The notes under the pieces were generated by a model, which saw only the letters and a list, made by a program, of their open reading frames with translations, made no database searches and was not told the DNA's origin. A DNA stretch of 64,000 bases, taken from IMG/VR virus record IMGVR_UViG_3300022178_002326, positions 540 to 64,539 of that record. One strand, given 5' to 3'. This stretch comes from a virus (lineage: Duplodnaviria; Caudoviricetes). The position numbers and the translations under genes are program-made. Below, in pieces: positions 57,771 through 64,000 of this stretch (its first letter is position 1; every line of letters begins with the position of its first letter).

Positions 57771-59747
57771 ATGGCAATACCAACCAGTCCATCCGTTGTA
57801 GTTATTGAAAACGATATTTCAATATACACTCCGAATATCAATTCAAGTGTTGTAGGTTTAGTAGGGTTCGCTAATAAGGGTCCTGTTAATGAGCCTACGC
57901 TTATTACAAGCCAAGAAAACCTTTTAAGACTTTTTGGAAAGCCAGACACCGCTCTCGAAGGCCAGGGTCTTGAGGGTGCTTTAGAGATTCTAGAAGCTAC
58001 CAACCAACTTTACTTTGTAAGAGGTATTGATCCTAATAAGGTGCTAGCATACGCTTCTGCTAATGTAGCTGTGGGAGCTTCTCCTGCTCTCGTAGTCAGC
58101 GGATACAATCCTACTCATGCGTCTTCAATATACTATTCAATTACTGATAATGCTACCAACACTGCTGTAACGGCTACGGTTGAAATTGCAAGCTCTACAG
58201 ACTTCACAACCTCCTCTGCTATAATTCAAAACGCTTTTAACCCTTCTATTACATCGGATCAAAACGTGTTTGCTTATGTTGAAGGTGACAATGTTTTCTT
58301 AGCTTCTAAGTTTGCCGGATCGGGTGCAACTCTACAACTGTCTGCCGCTGCTGGTATGGGCTTTAGACCTGTTAATATCTTAGGTGCTGTCAGTGCCACG
58401 GGTGAAGCTAATAACATTACTCGTAACGGATACACTTCTTCTAGCGTAGACTTGGTTGTAAACTCAATTTATCCAGGAACTGCTTACAATGTAACAGCCC
58501 TTAGAGATGGTAGTACCCAAGGTGTGTCAGTTGAGGTAGCCAACCTATCCACTAAAGATAGAATTATTGTAAACAGTGATGGTGCTCAAGCTGAGTCCTT
58601 CTCTCCAATTGAGTTATCTCCTTCTGGGATTGAATCTGTTGAGTTTATATTAAATTCAGAACTATTAAATAATCAATCCGAGTATGTGTTTGCAGAACTT
58701 TTGAGCGGTGCTGACGCTTACGTTACTCCTGATCAGTTCGGAGTGACTGCAACAGCGGCTGGGTTTGCAAACGCTACCGAGAATTCTCCTGTTGGAACTC
58801 CAAGATTTGTAAAGCCTATTCAAGGAACCTACAATCTTGCTAATGGAGAAAGTGGAGCTTCGGCTGCTACTAATCTAATTGGATCAAAGACTACTAAGAC
58901 GGGTATTTATGCTTTAGACGATGATGGTTTAAATATCTCTATCGGGCTGATCCCTGGCATCACGGATGATTCCGTTCAGAATGCTTTTGTATCTTTGGCT
59001 GAAACTTCTAAGAACTTCATGGCAATTGTATCCCCTCCATACGCATTGAATGAAGTTCAAGATGCGGTAAAATGGATTAACGGTCAAGATCCAACTACTA
59101 GAACGGCTGCTTTAAACTCTTCGTATGCTGCGGTTTACTGGCCTTGGGTTCAAGTGTTTAATCCTTTTGCTTCAGCAGAACAATGGTATGATCCTGCAAT
59201 CTTTGCTGCTAGACAGTGTGTCTTCACAGATGCTGTGTCAGAGCCGTGGTTCGCTCCTGCTGGCTTTAGAAGAGGTCGCCTATCCAAGCCTACTGCCACA
59301 GAGATCGTCGTTAATCAAGGCGACAGGGATGCTCTATACTCAAACTCAGTAAACCCTATTTCGAATGATCCTACTACAGGCATTACGATCTTTGGTCAAA
59401 GAACTACTCAGAGAGCACCAACGGCACTTGATAGAGTTAATGTTCGTAGACTAATGATCTACATCCGAAAGGTATTACTTGAGCTTGGCAAGCCATTCCA
59501 GTTTGAGCCTAATGATCAACTCACTTGGGAGTTAATTGAAGATGCGATTAACCCTTTCCTTGATGATCTTCTAGCTAGAAGAGCAATCCTTGAAGGTGCT
59601 GTAAAGTGTGACTCAACTATTAACACTCCTGCAAGAGTTGACAGAAATGAACTTTGGTGTTCGGTAACAATTAAGCCTACTAAGGCTGCTGAAACAATTG
59701 TATTCGAAGTTAACCTTACGAGTCAATCAGCAACAATTAATGGATAA
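57771..59747 (+). CDS. gp18: contractile tail sheath protein (gp18-like)
   Basis: SPSVVVIEND, GFANKGPVN, PWFAPAGFRRG, FGQRT, DRVNVRRL, FEPND. Confidence 0.97.
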   Translation: MAIPTSPSVVVIENDISIYTPNINSSVVGLVGFANKGPVNEPTLITSQENLLRLFGKPDTALEGQGLEGALEILEATNQLYFVRGIDPNKVLAYASANVAVGASPALVVSGYNPTHASSIYYSITDNATNTAVTATVEIASSTDFTTSSAIIQNAFNPSITSDQNVFAYVEGDNVFLASKFAGSGATLQLSAAAGMGFRPVNILGAVSATGEANNITRNGYTSSSVDLVVNSIYPGTAYNVTALRDGSTQGVSVEVANLSTKDRIIVNSDGAQAESFSPIELSPSGIESVEFILNSELLNNQSEYVFAELLSGADAYVTPDQFGVTATAAGFANATENSPVGTPRFVKPIQGTYNLANGESGASAATNLIGSKTTKTGIYALDDDGLNISIGLIPGITDDSVQNAFVSLAETSKNFMAIVSPPYALNEVQDAVKWINGQDPTTRTAALNSSYAAVYWPWVQVFNPFASAEQWYDPAIFAARQCVFTDAVSEPWFAPAGFRRGRLSKPTATEIVVNQGDRDALYSNSVNPISNDPTTGITIFGQRTTQRAPTALDRVNVRRLMIYIRKVLLELGKPFQFEPNDQLTWELIEDAINPFLDDLLARRAILEGAVKCDSTINTPARVDRNELWCSVTIKPTKAAETIVFEVNLTSQSATING

Positions 59748-59752
59748 TAATT

Positions 59753-60340
59753 ATGGTAGATAGTTTTTTAAAGAATGATTTCAGAGCAAACTTTGAGCCT
59801 GGGAAGACTCTTCCTAAGGTTTCCACCAAGTTGGATGCTATTAGAGCCTACCAGTTTGAAGTTAAGTTTTTCGGATTACCGGCAGAGTTTAGATTGCAGC
59901 AACAAGAATTAACTTCTGCTGCTAAGAGAGTTAGTCCTATTGGAGGTGCTGTAGAAGATATTGTAGTAGATCGTTTAAATGATAAAGTTTACTACCCTGG
60001 CAAGTTTACTCCACAGCCTCTTACGATAACTTTTGATAACCAATTGTTGTCTCGTAATACTCCTGCACTTTGGAACTGGTTTAAGTCTATCTACGATCCT
60101 ATGACAGGGGACCTAACTCAACTGGCTGCTCCTGGTGGTCCTGGCAACAAGTCTTTCAAGGCTGCTAAGATGACTATCCTAGAGTTGGACAACACTAACG
60201 AACCTCACTCTTATGTAGAAGTTTACGGTGTTTATCCTACAGGGGTTACCTTCTCGGAAAAGAACTACGCTACAAACGATTTCTCAACGATTGAAGTAAG
60301 TTTCCGATACGACTTCATTGACTACGACCGACTTAACTAA
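59753..60340 (+). CDS. gp19: tail tube protein (gp19-like)
   Basis: RAYQFEV, YYPGK, ITFDN, WNWF, YPT, SFRYD. Confidence 0.9.
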   Translation: MVDSFLKNDFRANFEPGKTLPKVSTKLDAIRAYQFEVKFFGLPAEFRLQQQELTSAAKRVSPIGGAVEDIVVDRLNDKVYYPGKFTPQPLTITFDNQLLSRNTPALWNWFKSIYDPMTGDLTQLAAPGGPGNKSFKAAKMTILELDNTNEPHSYVEVYGVYPTGVTFSEKNYATNDFSTIEVSFRYDFIDYDRLN

Positions 60341-60362
60341 CGGTCTAATACTCTTACTACGG

Positions 60363-60394
60363 TAGCCTTCTCCTCTAAATAAGAGGGAAGGCTA
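60363..60394 (+). terminator. stem-loop after tail tube gene (probable terminator)
   Basis: tagccttc(t)cctct-aaata-agagggaaggcta followed by tttgt. Confidence 0.7.
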
Positions 60395-60411
60395 TTTGTC
60401 TATAATAAAGT

Positions 60412-62883
60412 ATGGATTTCTATAAAGAATTACTGGAGAGTTTCAGTCGAATTACAGGTCGAAGGCTTAGTTTACTGGAGCAAGAAGAAGACCCTAGAGT
60501 ACCTAAAGCTTTAGATATTTTAAAGAATTCTCAATGGAATCCTGAAGGTCCTAAGGGACAAGTAGCTACAGTTAATGGCAAGCAAGCTCGATGGTATGCA
60601 GGCACTCAATCAAAATCATTAATAATTTCTAATGGAACTGGAGTATACGATCCAAAAAATAGTATTCTTGCTCCTTCTAAAGGAAACAACCAAAAATTTA
60701 AAGCATTATTAACAGCTATTGTAGGTGAGGAAGAAGGTGTAACCAAATTTGAAACTAAAAGATCAAAGAGTCCTGGGGAATGGGCCATCGAAAGAATGAC
60801 TCAGACATTGAGTGGTCTTACGAAAGAAATTGCAAACTCAATACTTAAATCTTTTAAAACAGTGTCAGACAATTGTGTGAACAGGACATGGTTTGTGAAG
60901 TTAGCTAAGTCTGTCGGAATGACACCTCAAGGTGCTCTTAGCTGGTTTACAGGTGGAGGACAGCAATCTTTAGAATCTCGATTAACTAACCTATCTTTTA
61001 AACTCATATATAAAGATGGAAAACTTATAAAAGTAGACTCTAAGCCCGACGCAGAATTAAGATCTAAGATTGCAGATAAGTTAGCCAATTTAACAGAGTT
61101 GGCTAACGGAAATAAAAAAACCACCAACGAAGGTTATTGTAAAAAACTTAGAAATGAATTTGCAATGACGGGTTCAGAGGGCAATAGATCTTTAATTGTA
61201 GCAGCAGATAATAATGTTTTAGATAATGACTCTATTGTAGTGTCGGATCAAACGGGATTATATGAAGGGGTTCTTAAAAAAGCGTTTACTCAATGTAATA
61301 AAAGAGTTTCTCCTGATGAAGTTGATTTATACACGGACAAGGCGGGAGGAGCGAACGCAAACCGAGGATTTACCTTTGAAGAATTGCCTCAAGTTTTAAA
61401 TCTTTTTAATCTCATTCAAGAAGCAAAAGCTAATGAAGACGAAGCAATGGTCGATTGTTTAGGTAATCAATTAACAAAACTGGTCACTGACATAAAAAGA
61501 AAAGTTGATAAGCTGACCGAACAAACTGAAACATGGACTGAAAGTGAGAAGCAAACTGGCTTAGACCTTGAAGACGCTGCTACCGTTGCTATGGCTCAAG
61601 AATTAGTTACACAAGTAGGGTCTAAAGAAGGAAGCTTTACAACTAAATTAGTTAAATCAATGATTCCTTATGGAAAAGAAATAGCCAAGAGAGGGTCAGT
61701 CATGGCTTTACCAGCCGGTACAGACACGGGAGGGGGAAAGAGACAAGATGTTATAGAGGTATTCGACAACTGTGATGACGCAAAAGATGCAGCCAGTAAG
61801 CTTGGTGTTGATCCCGTACTAACCCCAATTTCAGATCTATCGGATGATCACCAAGAATCTTTAAAGTGCTTAAAAGGATCTGACAAGTTGAAAGGCTTGT
61901 CCGAGGATTCTCCCGAAGAAGAAAAAACAGTGTGCATTATTAACACAAGTCTTAAAAATTATATTGGACTTTCTAAAGGGATTACTGCCGGGTCACAAAC
62001 AGGAGGATCTCAAGCTAGGACTGTTGAAATTGTAGATAAGATACTTAGGGGAGAAAAATTAACTGACGCGGAGAATGACATTGTAAACTCTGAAGAAGCA
62101 TACAAAGACTTCATAGGTTTAGATAAAAAATCTTACCGAGAAGCAGCAAAAATATTAAAAGAGGGATCTGATTTAAATGGATTCTTAATTAATAATGAAA
62201 AAGTTAGCGTTCAAGTAAACGGAGAACAAGTCACTTCTAACGTATTTGATACCGCCGGTAATATTGTAGTAGATTCTCTAATTGATGCGGTAGGGTATCT
62301 CCCTGAGTCACCAGAAGCAAACAATTTAAGGCAGATTATTGAAGAGTATAAAGGCGACCCTCCAGACAAGATAAAGAGAAAGGTTGCACTATACGTTGAA
62401 AAGCAATCGTTAATGTCTAAAATAAATAGTGGAGATCAAAATGCAGTTAATGCTCTTAAATTAAAAATGATGAGAGTAGGTGGGGATAGCACCAGGGATT
62501 TAGGATTAGAAATTAGAGATATTAAGAACAATGAAATATTTGGATTTAAGCATAATCAACCGTTAGAAGATGCGTTTGCGAATCTAGGGAAACCTGGGTC
62601 TAAGTGGAAGATAAACGAAGGTAAACCGGGTTCAACTACCATAACTTTAGAGGACGATAACGGTAACACAATCTCCCTGGAAGCAGTAGTATCTAGAAAG
62701 TCTAACGGAACGTATTCAAATAGCTACTCAGTACACTACGGAAAGAAAACAATAAGTAACTACAACAAGTACTCTAACAATTCTAAAAGCCCTAAGGAAG
62801 AGTCTACGGTTATTAAAGCCTTAAGTTTAATAGAAAGTATTTTAGTATCTTTAAAAAAGAAAGTAGCTATTAGCGATGCTTAG
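60412..62883 (+). CDS. large hypothetical protein, possible PD-(D/E)XK-like nuclease domain
   Basis: Candidate motifs NRGFTFEE, KRQDVI and TSLKNY; N-terminal LLE motifs. Assignment tentative. Confidence 0.4.
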   Translation: MDFYKELLESFSRITGRRLSLLEQEEDPRVPKALDILKNSQWNPEGPKGQVATVNGKQARWYAGTQSKSLIISNGTGVYDPKNSILAPSKGNNQKFKALLTAIVGEEEGVTKFETKRSKSPGEWAIERMTQTLSGLTKEIANSILKSFKTVSDNCVNRTWFVKLAKSVGMTPQGALSWFTGGGQQSLESRLTNLSFKLIYKDGKLIKVDSKPDAELRSKIADKLANLTELANGNKKTTNEGYCKKLRNEFAMTGSEGNRSLIVAADNNVLDNDSIVVSDQTGLYEGVLKKAFTQCNKRVSPDEVDLYTDKAGGANANRGFTFEELPQVLNLFNLIQEAKANEDEAMVDCLGNQLTKLVTDIKRKVDKLTEQTETWTESEKQTGLDLEDAATVAMAQELVTQVGSKEGSFTTKLVKSMIPYGKEIAKRGSVMALPAGTDTGGGKRQDVIEVFDNCDDAKDAASKLGVDPVLTPISDLSDDHQESLKCLKGSDKLKGLSEDSPEEEKTVCIINTSLKNYIGLSKGITAGSQTGGSQARTVEIVDKILRGEKLTDAENDIVNSEEAYKDFIGLDKKSYREAAKILKEGSDLNGFLINNEKVSVQVNGEQVTSNVFDTAGNIVVDSLIDAVGYLPESPEANNLRQIIEEYKGDPPDKIKRKVALYVEKQSLMSKINSGDQNAVNALKLKMMRVGGDSTRDLGLEIRDIKNNEIFGFKHNQPLEDAFANLGKPGSKWKINEGKPGSTTITLEDDNGNTISLEAVVSRKSNGTYSNSYSVHYGKKTISNYNKYSNNSKSPKEESTVIKALSLIESILVSLKKKVAISDA

Positions 62884-63363
62884 TAGATCTGCTAACTTAA
62901 ACATCTCTACTTGAACGTCATTAAATACCCCAGAAACCTTAGATCCCCTTACTGGAAGGTTTAATTCATTAGTAATAGCCATTGGATCTCTACGATCCTG
63001 ACCAATAATTAAAATAAACTTTCTAGAAGATTTTTTAGAATCTCTGTGAGCTTGTCCTATCATATTAAATATTTGAGATTTAGGATTAAGTAGATCACTT
63101 ACTCTTTCGTCATTGTATCCTTTCTTTATTTCAATGACGTATTTAAACTTCTCGGGAGTTATAAGGTCTCCATATATTTTTAAATATGAAGGTAAGTTAT
63201 GAGTAGTAGCGAATGCTCCAGAACCAGGGCTTCTACAGAATTCATTAGTTTCAAATCTTTCATTAAGCATCTTGGCTATTTTATTCTCGAATCTATTTCC
63301 TTTCGCTCTAGAGTTAAGTTTCTTCTTCCTTGTTAAAGGACTAATGTCAAAATCATCTTTCAT
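62851..63363 (-). CDS. Holliday junction resolvase-like PD-(D/E)XK nuclease
   Basis: NSRAKGNRFE, RSPGSGA, GDLI, IEIKK. Confidence 0.85.
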   Translation of the reverse strand: MKDDFDISPLTRKKKLNSRAKGNRFENKIAKMLNERFETNEFCRSPGSGAFATTHNLPSYLKIYGDLITPEKFKYVIEIKKGYNDERVSDLLNPKSQIFNMIGQAHRDSKKSSRKFILIIGQDRRDPMAITNELNLPVRGSKVSGVFNDVQVEMFKLADLLSIANSYFLF

Positions 63364-63391
63364 ATTTTAGTTCCATGACTATAATAGGCTC

Positions 63392-63703
63392 ATGGATAAA
63401 GTATCGTTTAAGTTGAAGGATGCTAAAGTTAAATTAACCGAAAGGAGTAGAGGTCGTATGAAGATTCAGATTAAGTTAAGTAAGGAAGAAGCGGAAGGCT
63501 TTAAGAACTTCTGCAAGCTCAAGCCACCAGAGTTAGGTGATGAGGATTTTTATAAGCAGGTTTTCTTTGCCGGGTGTAATACAATGACAGAGCAGATTAG
63601 GACTCTCGTGGAGCAACACCAGCAATCTAAGGCAGAGGGATCACCCGAAGCTGTAACCGAAGAGCCACAAGTAGAAGTCGCAGATGAGCAAAGTAAAGAA
63701 TAA
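63392..63703 (+). CDS. hypothetical protein
   Basis: 103-aa ORF preceded by TATAAT. Confidence 0.7.
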   Translation: MDKVSFKLKDAKVKLTERSRGRMKIQIKLSKEEAEGFKNFCKLKPPELGDEDFYKQVFFAGCNTMTEQIRTLVEQHQQSKAEGSPEAVTEEPQVEVADEQSKE

Positions 63704-64000
63704 TTTCAGTGTTGTTAACCTTAAGACTTCTAAGCAATTAGAGTCTACTGTGGTTAGCAATATAGAAGATAGGAATTACGCATATTATCTCATTGTAAAT
63801 AAGTGGGATGACGTGTGTAACTACTTTAATGATCAATTGCCTTCTGACGGTACTACGGATTTAAATGTCATTGACATTTTTGATGTTCGTAATCCTTTGG
63901 GAGTAATTAGGTCTGCGATTAAATCTCACAGAGAAACCATTTCCACTGCGTGCTTGCAGTCTTATGATCAGCTACCAATGATGGTTGTTATTCATAAGTC
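63684..64000 (+). CDS. 3'-truncated protein, possibly thioredoxin-like fold
   Basis: Open frame MSKVKNNFSVVNLKTSKQLE...IVNKWDDVC...YDQLPMMVVIHK runs off the window end; W...C and cis-Pro-like LPMMV positions, but no CxxC. Confidence 0.5.
   Translation, partial: MSKVKNNFSVVNLKTSKQLESTVVSNIEDRNYAYYLIVNKWDDVCNYFNDQLPSDGTTDLNVIDIFDVRNPLGVIRSAIKSHRETISTACLQSYDQLPMMVVIHK

Noticed and set aside
1-64000. Stop-codon reassignment
   Set aside because: Long genes are intact under the standard code and TAA, TAG and TGA all end genes at expected places.
1-64000. tRNA/ncRNA genes, introns, inteins
   Set aside because: Intergenic gaps are under about 80 bp, no T-loop/cloverleaf signature was seen, and terminase, helicase and primase have normal lengths without intein motifs.

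Overview
The window is a gene-dense (AT-rich, standard genetic code) segment of a large lytic T4-like contractile-tailed phage genome. It carries most of the virion morphogenesis genes: terminase, portal, prohead protease, scaffold, gp23-type major capsid, neck, tail terminator, sheath, tube, tape measure, and baseplate hub, spike, wedge and fibres. These are interleaved, mostly on the opposite strand, with replication/recombination genes (UvsW-like helicase, Toprim primase, Cas4/RecB-like nuclease, Holliday-junction-resolvase-like nuclease). No tRNA, rRNA, CRISPR array, integrase, transposase, intron or intein was seen. Most notable: (1) a truncated, signal-peptide-bearing HEAT-repeat gene of a type I recognise from Planctomycetota, whose Gly/Pro/Thr linker is echoed by a tandem repeat in a late gene; (2) an unannotated -1 slippery-site frameshift fusing the gp26-like gene to a start-less gp51-like ORF; (3) an apparently intact clan GH-A hydrolase and a baseplate-associated GH-A-like protein with both catalytic Glu positions apparently changed to Asp; (4) a glycosyltransferase / membrane protein / HAD cassette; (5) two short promoter classes, including -10 boxes positioned for leaderless mRNAs; (6) an 823-aa possibly head-packaged nuclease-like protein. 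All family assignments come from motif recognition by eye; no database search was run.
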